Positions 53,090 through 61,896 of a stretch of DNA of 61,896 bases are shown piece after piece. Position numbers and translations under genes: made by a program. Source of the DNA: Acidobacteria bacterium 13_1_20CM_2_55_15 (GTDB lineage: Bacteria; Acidobacteriota; Terriglobia; 20CM-2-55-15); the NCBI GenBank assembly GCA_001920875.1, contig MNKP01000097.1:1-61896 (forward strand), read 5' to 3'. The notes under the pieces are model-generated. The model did no database searches, was not told the origin of the DNA, and saw nothing but the letters and a program-made list of their open reading frames with translations. Within the stretch, counting starts at the first letter, position 1. The number at the start of each line of letters is the position of its first letter.

Positions 53090-54157
53090 TTACTTGGCTG
53101 TTTGGCTCCCCTGCAGTTCGTCGTCGATGATTTCCTTAATCTCTGAATACGGCTGATTTCCGGAAAGCATACGGCCGTTGATGAAAAGCGCTGGCGTGCC
53201 GCTAACACCCGATCGCGCGCCCTCCTGAAGGTCACTTTGGATCGCGGCAACTTGTCGTCCCGAATCCAAACATTCGTTGAACTTAGCCATATCCAGCTTG
53301 AGATCCACCGCGCGCTGTTTGAGATCGGCAACACTGAGTTCCCTCTGATTCCCGAACATGGAGTCGTGAAATTCCCAGAAATGCTGCTGCTCGTTGGCGC
53401 ACAACGCAGCTTCCGCGGCTTTCTCCGCATGAGGGTGAATGTTCGTGAGCGGGAATTGCCGAAAGACAATCCGAATTTTCTCCGCGTAGTTCTTCTCGAT
53501 TTGCTTCAACGTCGGATATAGCCCGCCACAGAATGGGCATTCAAAATCCGAAAATTCCACGATTGTTACGGCCGCTGTTGCCGGCCCTCTGGATGGAAAT
53601 CCCGCCGTCTCGATTTTTGCGCGCAGCGGTTCCAGATACGATTTGAACCCGTACTGTTTTTTCAGGCGCGCGATCAGCGCATCGTGATATCGGCTGCGGC
53701 TTCGCTCGATCAAGTACTGCTTCACTTGCGGAAGCGCTTGCTCTTTGGGAATGGGAATCCGGTCTTTGTTCGCGTTGTAGAAGCCTTCGACATCGCTATC
53801 CGAAGGAGTTTCAACGTTGCTGTTGACTTCGGCATCCAGCAGTTGCTCCTTCGACATGTTCAGCTTTTTGGCTTCGGCCTCGATCAGCTTGTCGGCAACA
53901 AGCTGTTCCAGCGCTCTTGTCAAGACTTGTTGTTTGTCCTGCGCCAGTGTTGCGTCATTTTGAAGCCGCTTTGTTTCGAGACTCCTGAGATCGTTGGCTG
54001 CCGCCTTATCCAATTCTTCTTGCGTTATGGTTTGACCGTTAACGACGGCCGCTCGATTCGCACTCGATTGCGCAAAAGCCACGGTTGCAAGCGCCGCGAA
54101 CGCTGTTAAGATCAAGGCTCGATGTAATTTCACACGGAACTCCTGCGTAGAATCCAT
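53090..54157 (-). CDS. Secreted DsbA-family thiol:disulfide oxidoreductase with SurA-N-like chaperone N-terminal region
   Basis: Signal-like N-terminus. The C-terminal thioredoxin fold has VEFSDFECPFCGG (CPFC active site) and GVSGTPALFING. Confidence 0.8.
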   Translation of the reverse strand: MDSTQEFRVKLHRALILTAFAALATVAFAQSSANRAAVVNGQTITQEELDKAAANDLRSLETKRLQNDATLAQDKQQVLTRALEQLVADKLIEAEAKKLNMSKEQLLDAEVNSNVETPSDSDVEGFYNANKDRIPIPKEQALPQVKQYLIERSRSRYHDALIARLKKQYGFKSYLEPLRAKIETAGFPSRGPATAAVTIVEFSDFECPFCGGLYPTLKQIEKNYAEKIRIVFRQFPLTNIHPHAEKAAEAALCANEQQHFWEFHDSMFGNQRELSVADLKQRAVDLKLDMAKFNECLDSGRQVAAIQSDLQEGARSGVSGTPALFINGRMLSGNQPYSEIKEIIDDELQGSQTAK

Positions 54158-54205
54158 CCAAGTATTCTGTATTAAGTGTCCGGAGAATTGCCAGAATCTT
54201 TGTTT

Positions 54206-55555
54206 CTAATTCTTCACTGCGGCCGGAATCGCTTCAGCGAGGATATTGACGATCCGGTCAATTTCCGCGTCCGTGACGACGAATGGCGGTGCCAGCACGA
54301 AAATGTCGTCTTTAACCCGGCTGACGAGACCGCGGCGAGAGCACTCCTGCAATACTCTCGCGCCCAACTTGCGCGCCGATGGAAAGGGCCTCTTGGTGGC
54401 TTTGTCTTCGACCAGCTCCACTCCGCACATCAAACCGAGACCGCGTACATCGCCGACGTGCTCCAGAGAGGCCAATTGCTTCAATCCATCCAATAGCCTC
54501 TTACCTTTATGGCCGGCAGCTTCAACCAGCCCTTCACGTTCAAGAATGTCCAGTGTTGCCAGTGCAACAGCACAGCATGTTGGGTGAGCGGAGTAGGTGA
54601 ATGCATGCATCCAGCGGCGCTCCGGCGGGACTTCCGCCATGACCTTGTAGATCCGATCGGCGACGCCGATTCCCCCCAACGGCAGGTACCCCGACGTAAT
54701 TCCCTTCGCAAAAGACATGATGTCCGGCTGGACATTCCAATGCTCCAGGCCAAACCACTTTCCAGTCCGTCCGAATCCGGTGATGACTTCATCCGAAATC
54801 AGGAGCACGTCGTACTTGTCGCAAATCTCACGAATCCGTGGAAAATAGTCGGCCTGCGGAACAATCAAGCCGCCTGCGCCCTGCACGGGTTCGGCAATGA
54901 AGGCGGCGACGGTATCTGCGCCCTCGCGAAGAATTGCTTTCTCTAATTCGTCTGCAGCGGCACGGCCCTGTGTCACGGACGCATCCTGGGAGACATATCG
55001 ATACGGATACGGCGACGGAATGTGGATGTAGCCGGCAAGCTTACCGCCAAACATCGGCCAGTACGAAGCAAGACCTGTCGCGTTCATCGCGCCCATGGTC
55101 ACACCATGGTAGGCATACTCGCGGCTGATGATTTTGGTCTTTTCCGGCTTGCCCTGATTGATCCAGAAAAAACGGACAGTTTTGATTGCGCTGTCGTTCG
55201 ACTCACCGCCACCGGACGTGAAGAAAAAATGATTGATCGGCGGGTAACACTTTTCAGAAAGTCTTTCCGCCAGTTGCACCGACGGAATATTGGTTTGTCC
55301 CGTATAGGACGAAGCAAACGCCAATTGCTCCATTTGTTTTGCAGCCGCTTGCGCCAGCTCTTTCCTTCCGTGACCGAGGGTGACGTTCCATAAACCGGCC
55401 AGACCATCGATATATTCACGGCCATCCGCTGCCCACAATGTGGAGCCTTCGCCCTTTACCCAGACAAACGGACTTTTCGCGTCACTGAGGTGATGCAGGG
55501 GATGAATCAAATGCGCGAGGTCTGCTTTGATAATTTTTTCAAGATCTATTGACAT
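54206..55555 (-). CDS. Class III (omega) aminotransferase
   Basis: FFTSGGGESND, LLISDEVITGFGRTGKWFG and the PLP-lysine block DIMSFAKGITSGYLPLGG. Confidence 0.85.
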   Translation of the reverse strand: MSIDLEKIIKADLAHLIHPLHHLSDAKSPFVWVKGEGSTLWAADGREYIDGLAGLWNVTLGHGRKELAQAAAKQMEQLAFASSYTGQTNIPSVQLAERLSEKCYPPINHFFFTSGGGESNDSAIKTVRFFWINQGKPEKTKIISREYAYHGVTMGAMNATGLASYWPMFGGKLAGYIHIPSPYPYRYVSQDASVTQGRAAADELEKAILREGADTVAAFIAEPVQGAGGLIVPQADYFPRIREICDKYDVLLISDEVITGFGRTGKWFGLEHWNVQPDIMSFAKGITSGYLPLGGIGVADRIYKVMAEVPPERRWMHAFTYSAHPTCCAVALATLDILEREGLVEAAGHKGKRLLDGLKQLASLEHVGDVRGLGLMCGVELVEDKATKRPFPSARKLGARVLQECSRRGLVSRVKDDIFVLAPPFVVTDAEIDRIVNILAEAIPAAVKN

Positions 55556-55775
55556 GATGAGTGCTCCTGGTCAGAAAGGTTCATAATAACGCAATGCAGA
55601 TTCGTATTTCACTTCCCCATTTAGTTCAAAGAGCCCGGCGTCCGCCTATGGTCGTCGATCTCTTTTACAGCACGAGTGTGCTCGAAGATGAAACGCTCGG
55701 TTCGATGATGCAGGCGATGGATGTTCTAGCGCACCATATTCGCCCCGAGTTATAGATTGGATATTGGGAAGTGCT

Positions 55776-56261
55776 ATGCGTGTCTACCTCGTTCAACATG
55801 GAAAGGCAAAGCCGGCGGAAGAAGATCCCAGTCGCGGTTTGACCGGCGAGGGTTATGCCGAAGTCAAGCAGGTTGCGGATTTCCTGGCGGGCCTGAGAAT
55901 CACTGTTTCGTTGATTCAGCACAGCGGCAAGAAACGAGCTGAGGAGACAGCACATCTCCTTGCAACCTCGATTCGGTGGACTGCCGGCCCCTGTCACACT
56001 ACGGGACTGGATCCATCGGATGATCCCTCCGTCACGGCAAACTTCCTGAAGGTCTATACGGATGACGTTCTCATTGTGGGCCATCTTCCACACCTCGAGC
56101 GTTTGACTTCGCTCCTGCTGACCGGTAGTCCGGATCGCCGTCCGGTGAAATTTGCCAATGCCGGAGTCGTCTGTATGGAAAAACACCAAAACGGAACCTG
56201 GAGTCTCGTTTGGGCGGTGGTGCCCGAGCTTCTGCAAGCGCAGACGCGCTTGGCTGCCTAG
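55776..56261 (+). CDS. sixA: SixA-type phosphohistidine phosphatase
   Basis: MRVYLVQHGKAKP (RHG-type catalytic His context, here QHG), LTGEG and IVGHLPHL. ATG 55776. Confidence 0.7.
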   Translation: MRVYLVQHGKAKPAEEDPSRGLTGEGYAEVKQVADFLAGLRITVSLIQHSGKKRAEETAHLLATSIRWTAGPCHTTGLDPSDDPSVTANFLKVYTDDVLIVGHLPHLERLTSLLLTGSPDRRPVKFANAGVVCMEKHQNGTWSLVWAVVPELLQAQTRLAA

Positions 56262-56711
56262 GTGATGACGAGACGCGAGACTTCGGCAGGCTGCGTTGTA
56301 TATCGGATGGAGAATGGACTGCCGGAGGTCGCGCTCATTCAACCACACGACCGAAAAGCGTGGGCTCTTCCCAAAGGCCTGATCGAGCGCGGCGAACCAC
56401 CCGAGAAAGCGGCGGAGCGTGAAGCGCGGGAAGAGACAGGTTTGTCGGGTACGATCGTTGGAAAAATCGACACGATCAAATACTCGTATGTCGCTACATG
56501 GGAAAAACCAACGGTTCGCGTTTTCAAGATCGTTACCTTTTATCTATTAAAGTACATGGAGGGCGACCCTTCCCGGCACGATTGGGAAGTGGATCGCGTA
56601 GAATGGTTCCCCATCGAGAAAGCAATATCCAGTGCGACGTATCCCCTGGAGAAAGGAATCCTTAAAAAGGCGAAGCTGCTCATTGCTTCAAACTCGGAGG
56701 AACGAAGATGA
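56262..56711 (+). CDS. NUDIX hydrolase
   Basis: Nudix box: LPKGLIERGEPPEKAAEREAREETGL (GX5EX7REUXEEXGU pattern). Confidence 0.8.
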   Translation: MMTRRETSAGCVVYRMENGLPEVALIQPHDRKAWALPKGLIERGEPPEKAAEREAREETGLSGTIVGKIDTIKYSYVATWEKPTVRVFKIVTFYLLKYMEGDPSRHDWEVDRVEWFPIEKAISSATYPLEKGILKKAKLLIASNSEERR

Positions 56712-58579
56712 AAGAACGGAATACAAAATATTCCCCTCCTCTGCGAGAAGGGGAATGTACTCGTCTGGTGCACAAGTTTGTTTTGTGTGTCTTGTGCCTT
56801 TTTGGGGCGACTCCCTTTTCTTCTTTCGCTCAAGCCATCTATGCGGAGAATCAGATTCCAGCCCGCGGGGTAAGTATCGATTATGTGCTAACAATCAAGA
56901 ATCCAATGTCTCATCTTTACGATGTTGAAATCCAGATCAAGGGGATTCGCGAGTCGTCCGTGTCGGTTTCGATGCCTGCCTGGTCGCCGGGCATCTATCG
57001 CATCGAGAATTATGCTCGCAACGTTCAGGATTTCCGTGCTGTAAACGCACGGAACCAACCCCTGAATTGGGAGCAGACCGACAAGCAAACGTGGCGCATC
57101 GCCAAACAAACTGCCGACGACCTCAATGTGCACTACCAGGTCTTTTCGACTCTGTTGACCGATCAGATGGCCGACGTCGCGCCCCCCTCGATTTTTATGT
57201 ACCTCGCCGGCCAAAAACATGTGCCGTGTAGCGTGAAATACAACACTCCCGGCGGTTGGAAGGTTTATACGGGCCTGGAACGAAGAGGCGACCGTTACTA
57301 CGCCTCCGACTACGACATTTTCATCGATGCGCCTGCCTTCATCGGCAGTGAATTCAAGCTCCTGGAGTTCGAGACAGGCGGTGCACGTCATCATCTCGTA
57401 TTCAGTAAACCCAATATTTCGATGAGTGCGGCGCAGGTTGCAGCGGACATTCAGGACGTCGTGGAAACGGCCATGGCGATTTTCGGAAAGCTTCCATACA
57501 AAGAATACGTATTTTTATTCAAAGTTCAGCCACAGGCCGCGAATAGTGTCGAACATCTGAACTCCGCTCGGATCAGCGTTGGCGAGAACGATTTCGTGAC
57601 GCAGTCCAGTTACAGGCAAGTTCTTTCGACGATTGCTCACGAGTTCTTCCATCTCTGGAATGTGAAGCGAATCCGTCCTGCAGTTCTCGGTCCGTTCGAT
57701 TACACCCGGGAAGTTCATACGCGGCTGCTTTGGATCTCGGAAGGAATCACGAGCTACTACGCCGATCTATTGCTGACACGCGCTGGAATTGATTTGCCCG
57801 CGGAGTACTTCGGCAGGCTGGGGGTGCTCATCGATTCCATGGAACACGCTTCCGGGCGCCGCATGATGAGCGCCGAGGAGGCCAGTTGGAATGCCTGGTT
57901 TCGGAGCGATAACGCAGAAAATACGTCGATCTCGTATTACGTAAAGGGCGAGCTCATTGGATTGCTTCTAGACGTGGAGATTCGCGCGAGGACGAAAAAC
58001 CAGAAAAGTCTCGATGACGTCATGCGCTATCTGATGGAAACTTACGCGACCAAGGGTATCGGATTTCCTGAGGATGGTTTTCTGAAAGCCGTCGAAACGG
58101 TTGCGGGTTCGGACTTCCACGAGTTTTACCATACCGTGGCACAAAGTCACGAACAACTCGACTACAACCGGTATCTGCGGCAGGCGGGACTCACAGTTGA
58201 AGTCTCGTTACAGCCGGCCTCGATATATCTGGGTATCGAATTTGAGCAAGGCGAATCCAATTCAGTCCGGATCCGGCGAGTCGTTGCCAATTCGCCCGCG
58301 GAACGTGCGAAGTTGGATGCCGGAGATTTGCTCATTGCTATGAACGATGAGCGCCTGACTTTTGAAAACTTCCGGAGCCGGCTGCACTCGCACACCATCG
58401 GCGAGACGATTAAACTGACAGTAGTGAGGGGCCAGCGGCTGCTGACAACGAACATCGTGCCCGTCGAGTTTCAGGAAGAACGCTGGCAACTGAACGAGAA
58501 TCCGCGCCCGGCCCCGGAACAAGTTCAATTGAAGAAAGCATGGTTGAGAATTCAAGAGGAGACCAAACAGGGACGATAG
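56708..58579 (+). CDS. M61-family glycyl aminopeptidase-like metallopeptidase with C-terminal PDZ domain
   Basis: SIDYVLTIKNPMSHLYDVEIQI (family N-terminal block), the HEFFHLWNVKRIRP zinc site, and a PDZ-like IRRVVANSPAERAKLDAGDLLIAMN. An in-frame GTG at 56768 (giving MHKFVLCVLCLFGATPFSSFAQA) is an alternative start. Confidence 0.85.
   Translation: MKERNTKYSPPLREGECTRLVHKFVLCVLCLFGATPFSSFAQAIYAENQIPARGVSIDYVLTIKNPMSHLYDVEIQIKGIRESSVSVSMPAWSPGIYRIENYARNVQDFRAVNARNQPLNWEQTDKQTWRIAKQTADDLNVHYQVFSTLLTDQMADVAPPSIFMYLAGQKHVPCSVKYNTPGGWKVYTGLERRGDRYYASDYDIFIDAPAFIGSEFKLLEFETGGARHHLVFSKPNISMSAAQVAADIQDVVETAMAIFGKLPYKEYVFLFKVQPQAANSVEHLNSARISVGENDFVTQSSYRQVLSTIAHEFFHLWNVKRIRPAVLGPFDYTREVHTRLLWISEGITSYYADLLLTRAGIDLPAEYFGRLGVLIDSMEHASGRRMMSAEEASWNAWFRSDNAENTSISYYVKGELIGLLLDVEIRARTKNQKSLDDVMRYLMETYATKGIGFPEDGFLKAVETVAGSDFHEFYHTVAQSHEQLDYNRYLRQAGLTVEVSLQPASIYLGIEFEQGESNSVRIRRVVANSPAERAKLDAGDLLIAMNDERLTFENFRSRLHSHTIGETIKLTVVRGQRLLTTNIVPVEFQEERWQLNENPRPAPEQVQLKKAWLRIQEETKQGR
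56730..56815. repeat. Degenerate F3 palindrome (56730-56756) plus F1 copy (56768-56815) embedded in the 5' end of the M61 ORF
   Basis: ATTCCCCTcctctgcgagaAGGGGAAT and GTGCACAAGTTTGTTTTGTGTGTCTTGTGCCTTTTTGGGGCGACTCCC, read directly and compared with 2736-2762 and 4966-5040. Confidence 0.7.
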
Positions 58580-58583
58580 AGTA

Positions 58584-58811
58584 ATGGAAATCGAAATCAT
58601 CTATTGCCAAGTCTGAAACTACGAACCGAAAGCGGTCAGTTTGACCGAAAAACTTATTACCGAGCTGAAGACCAGAATCAAACGGCTCGTCCTCATACCG
58701 TCGGACGGAGGCCGTTTTGAAGTGAGCATCGATGGGAAACCAGTTTTTTCGAAGCTGGAGACCGGTCGATTTCCCGACTATCAGGAAATCCGAAAGCACA
58801 TCAAGGTGTAA
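58584..58811 (+). CDS. Rdx-family (SelW/SelT/SelH-like) selenoprotein, in-frame TGA (Sec) at 58614-58616
   Basis: ATG 58584. Reads MEIEIIYCQV[TGA]NYEPKAVSLTEKLITELKTRIKRLVLIPSDGGRFEVSIDGKPVFSKLETGRFPDYQEIRKHIKV, stop 58809-58811. The TGA falls at the second redox position of CxxU, and GGxFEV..dG..vfSK...GrFP is the Rdx-family C-terminal pattern. Confidence 0.7.
58633..58647 (+). promoter_or_regulatory. Candidate bacterial SECIS apical hairpin CGGTCA-gtt-TGACCG
   Basis: Read directly. Begins 17 nt 3' of the TGA, with a GU-containing loop. Only a short stem could be seen by eye. Confidence 0.35.
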
Positions 58812-58824
58812 CGGCGCTCTATAT

Positions 58825-58873
58825 CCTCTCCCTCTGGGAGAGGTCGGCGCGACAGCCAGCGGGCTGCCGCGCC
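58825..58873. terminator. Double hairpin between convergent genes (an F2-type CCTCTCCC-tct-GGGAGAGG, then GGCGCGACAGCC-agcg-GGCTGCCGCGCC)
   Basis: Read directly. Lies between the selenoprotein stop (58811) and the TPR-protein stop (58905). Confidence 0.7.
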
Positions 58874-58904
58874 GGGTGAGAGTCACAGGTCTCGTCAAAT
58901 TTCA

Positions 58905-61052
58905 CTAACGCAGCGCCAGCAGCCGTTGCCGCGCTTGGGCAACGTAGGGCGAATTGGAATTGCCGTAGCGTTCGATGAAGCCTTGAAGAGCTTCCCGGGC
59001 AGTCTGCGAATCTCCTTTCATCTGATATGCCGCCGCGATATTCAGGATAGCAGGGCCATGGTCGGGCTGCTGTTCGAGCACCACGCGAAACTGTTCGATT
59101 GCCTGATCGAACATCTGCTTCCGAAGGTAAACCAGCCCCATGTCATGGTGAACTTCGGGAAAAATGTTTCTCAGGCGGACGGCTTGCTGAAACTGTTGGA
59201 GAGCTTGATCCGGTTGACCCGCGTTGCTGTACAACAACCCGAGATTCCGATAGGCCTCTGCCGCAAGCGGTCCGTTCACGAGATCATTGAATACCTTTTC
59301 CGCCGATATGGGATCTCCGGCACGTGCGTAGGCACTTCCCAGCGTTAGCTTGAATGCATCCAGATCGGGCCGTATGTGGACAGACTCTTTATAGCTTTCG
59401 AGCGCCGCCTTGAAGTCGCCCCTCAGCGTCAGCACCTCGCCCTTGTTGTAATGAGCCGCAAAAGAGCCCGGATTGAGCTCCAATGCCCGATTGATGGCGG
59501 CGAGCGCTTTATCGGGCTCCTGCCTCCGAATGTACAGCACGGCGAGATTGATGAATCCTTCAGTGAACGTAGGGGAGAGCGAAGTCACCTTGAGCAGCAT
59601 CTCCTCGCTCTTGTCGAGCTGTCTCAGATCAAGATAAATCGCGGCGAGATTCGAATACGCCGCATGAATGTCGGGCTTGAGGGCGAGCGCCTGTTGATAC
59701 TCACGAATGGCGTCAGGAATACGTTGCGCGTCCTGATAAGCCTGCCCCAGATTAAAGTGCGGACGCGGCTTCGCAGGGGTCTTCGTTACGGCATCTTCCC
59801 AAAGAGCGATATTGTTCGCGAAGACCGGGTTGCGCGAGACGGTCATGAATGCAAAGGTCAGCACGACGCCGGCAGTCACAGCCAACCGCAGGCTCGGTCG
59901 ATTCCGGCTTACCCACTGAAGGATCCACGCAAAGATCAAAGCGATTCCCAAACCCGGAATGTATGCGCGGTGCTCCAGAACAACATCGGCCAATGGAATC
60001 GCTACATAGGCGAGAAGTGGCGAAACCACAATGGCCGCGATACCCAATGCCAGCAGCGGTTCCTTCCTCGCGGTTCGCAGTGCGACCCATGCCAAACCTG
60101 CAAATATTGCAATCGCCATCAAAAACTCGGGACTGTACCAATGGTCAACGGGTTCAATTTGCGGATCGATCGTAAGGCCGATGGGAATAAGAAAACGTGG
60201 AAAATAGTATTTGATGACGGCGGTCACATAGGTTTGAAAATAAGTTGTTGGTGCCAGGACCTTGTCGAAACCGGCGGAGACGAGCACAGCATTGCTGCCC
60301 ACCATTCCATATAAATGCTTGATCTGGTCCAGAAGCAGGAGGACTGCAACCAGCGGAATCGCGGAGAGCACAGCAATCCACCGCCAGTTTTTCTTCTCCG
60401 CCCGAAGAAACACCACCGCGGCGAGAAATAGGGGCAGCGCAATAGCTTCCTGTTTTGCCTCCCATGCCAGCAGCCCGCAGACCGCCGTCAAACCGAAGAG
60501 GGCCGGCCGCCTCAGCCGCCGCTCCGAGTCCAGGCCTTTGAGGAAAACGTAAACTGCTGTGAAATAAAAAGTGCCGCAGAGGACCGATGACCTTCCTGCG
60601 ATGTAACTGACTGCGCCAGATAACAGCGCGTGCACCGCGAATACGGCTGCTCCTGCCAGAGCGAGAAAGCGCAATCGCGGATCTTGCTTGAGAACCGCCA
60701 GGACGATTCCGTAGACAAGCAATACGTTGACGATATGGAGAACGAGGTTGAGGACGTGATAACTGAATGTGTCGAGCCCGCTCCAATAATAATTCAGCGC
60801 ATATGTGACGAATAGCAGATGCCTTTGCCCGACGCCAAACCACCCCGCGTTTAAGGCGTCGCGGAACGTCTTTACGTTCATGATCTCGGAGCTCTGCTGC
60901 ACGACCTGTAAATCATCGAATACGAATTTTCCGTGAAGACTGTTGATGTAGGTCAAGAGCGTCAGGACAATCAATACAGCGAAGGAAAAGGCGTGCCGTG
61001 GAATCCACGGAGCAGGCGGGGCTGCCGGACGCTTACGCGGCATATCTTGCAA
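58905..61052 (-). CDS. Multi-pass membrane protein (PMT/ArnT-like glycosyltransferase-type N-terminus) with C-terminal TPR repeats
   Basis: 715 aa. About 380 hydrophobic N-terminal residues are followed by ~8 TPR-like units (AYQDAQRIPDAIREYQQALALKPD, AHYNKGEVL..., LGSAYARAGD...). Confidence 0.75.
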   Translation of the reverse strand: MQDMPRKRPAAPPAPWIPRHAFSFAVLIVLTLLTYINSLHGKFVFDDLQVVQQSSEIMNVKTFRDALNAGWFGVGQRHLLFVTYALNYYWSGLDTFSYHVLNLVLHIVNVLLVYGIVLAVLKQDPRLRFLALAGAAVFAVHALLSGAVSYIAGRSSVLCGTFYFTAVYVFLKGLDSERRLRRPALFGLTAVCGLLAWEAKQEAIALPLFLAAVVFLRAEKKNWRWIAVLSAIPLVAVLLLLDQIKHLYGMVGSNAVLVSAGFDKVLAPTTYFQTYVTAVIKYYFPRFLIPIGLTIDPQIEPVDHWYSPEFLMAIAIFAGLAWVALRTARKEPLLALGIAAIVVSPLLAYVAIPLADVVLEHRAYIPGLGIALIFAWILQWVSRNRPSLRLAVTAGVVLTFAFMTVSRNPVFANNIALWEDAVTKTPAKPRPHFNLGQAYQDAQRIPDAIREYQQALALKPDIHAAYSNLAAIYLDLRQLDKSEEMLLKVTSLSPTFTEGFINLAVLYIRRQEPDKALAAINRALELNPGSFAAHYNKGEVLTLRGDFKAALESYKESVHIRPDLDAFKLTLGSAYARAGDPISAEKVFNDLVNGPLAAEAYRNLGLLYSNAGQPDQALQQFQQAVRLRNIFPEVHHDMGLVYLRKQMFDQAIEQFRVVLEQQPDHGPAILNIAAAYQMKGDSQTAREALQGFIERYGNSNSPYVAQARQRLLALR

Positions 61053-61173
61053 GAATACAAGATTCCATAGAGCGCTGCAGGCTCATTTGCACGGGTGTTT
61101 GTGCTCAGCCATGAAGCGTCGGAAATACAAAGGGGCGCGCCAGCCACTCTCTGGCGCGCCTTTCGGACCAATG

Positions 61174-61896
61174 TTAGTTCGATCTACTTGTCGGCTTTGC
61201 GAACCGCGTGTCTTCCACGGCTACGTTCTGTTGGACTGAATCCACTTTGACTGTCTGATAGCCAAGTGGCCGTGCGATGATCCAACTGAATGGGAACGGG
61301 GTGCCTTGCACATTGCGGAAATCGGAGTAATCAATGCGCACTACGTTTTGTCCGATGACGTTTGGCAGAAGGAAAACAACCCGGAGCAAGTTACCCGATT
61401 TCGGATGGAAGAAGAGCCGTACCGGGACGCGGCCAAATGCCGTTCCGCGAAGTTGATAAACTTCCTGATTATCGAGCCTGACGCGCCTGGTCTCCAAGTT
61501 GGAGATGGACTTCAGATTCCTGGCCAGGTAAAGAGGATCCTGCAGCCTCAACGTGTCGAACTCGTCCTCCCGCGCCTCACGAACGGCGCCGTTGGCCGCA
61601 CGCTGCCAGGCGGTGTTGCCGGTGTGGCCGACAATGACGTCTCCGCCATCTGCATGGGTGATGGATAAGCTGTTATCTCCCTTGCTAACCATCTCCATGT
61701 TGGCAGTGTTGCCAATGCTGTTTGTCGCGGCGTACTTCACGACTCGGCTTTGGAGTTTTGCCAGTCCTGCGTCTCCGCCCAGCGTCTTCAGATAATTGTC
61801 CATAAGTTGGCTGGCCGGCGGCCCCGGTATCGGAGCCAGGTCCGGAGCTCCGTTGGGGCTGTCGGGCGTCCAAGGCTTGTAATTTGCCGTTGCCAG
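61174..61896 (-). CDS. Partial (5'-truncated by window edge) paralogue of the LolA-like C-terminal domain of the 48483 cytochrome
   Basis: The frame stays open to the window end (…PGPPASQLMDNYLKTLGGDAGLAKL…). Collinear similarity to residues ~150-376 of the 48483-49613 product. Confidence 0.6.
   Translation of the reverse strand: MATANYKPWTPDSPNGAPDLAPIPGPPASQLMDNYLKTLGGDAGLAKLQSRVVKYAATNSIGNTANMEMVSKGDNSLSITHADGGDVIVGHTGNTAWQRAANGAVREAREDEFDTLRLQDPLYLARNLKSISNLETRRVRLDNQEVYQLRGTAFGRVPVRLFFHPKSGNLLRVVFLLPNVIGQNVVRIDYSDFRNVQGTPFPFSWIIARPLGYQTVKVDSVQQNVAVEDTRFAKPTSRSN

Noticed and set aside
55561-55755. 64-aa plus-strand ORF between the aminotransferase and sixA.
   Set aside because: It has a non-ATG start in the track, no RBS and no family signature. 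It is probably promoter or 5'-UTR sequence.

Overview
This 61.9-kb window looks like a chromosomal segment of a moderately GC-rich bacterium. It is probably Acidobacteriota, judged from CarboxypepD_reg-type TonB-dependent receptor remnants, the abundance of peptidases and the repeat families; this is inference only. I support about 55 protein-coding genes, mostly housekeeping or metabolic:
- a fused LptF/LptG permease
- glycogen genes (GH57, alpha-glucan phosphorylase)
- moaA and recQ
- a GAF/sigma-54-type regulator
- FO synthase cofG-cofH
- a dapE-dapB-dapA-dapD operon and cyaY
- a POT peptide transporter
- M23, TldD/PmbA, M61 and S53 peptidases
- a lactate permease and two aminotransferases

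I recognised no tRNA, rRNA, CRISPR array, transposase or integrase.

Observations most worth follow-up:
1. An unannotated Rdx/SelW-like selenoprotein gene with an in-frame TGA at the CxxU position (58584-58811).
2. A tight three-gene secreted cassette (47201-49613): an unknown protein, a DUF6152-like protein with a predicted N-terminal His after signal cleavage, and a dihaem cytochrome c fused to a LolA-like domain. A paralogue of that last domain sits at the right edge.
3. A 761-aa MBL-fold / pseudo-receiver / cNMP-binding / GGDEF protein directly upstream of cofG-cofH and a translationally coupled EcsC-like gene.
4. Two decayed TonB-dependent-receptor fragments in permuted order (C-part at 35.1 kb, N-part at 46.2-47.1 kb) that bracket a 10-gene block.
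5. At least five dispersed palindromic repeat families and two tandem hairpin arrays. Some repeat copies appear to supply N-terminal or signal-peptide coding sequence.
6. Small genes missed by the 60-aa ORF cutoff: a YHS mini-protein and a frameshifted glycine-zipper protein.

All family calls come from motif recognition by eye, not from database searches.
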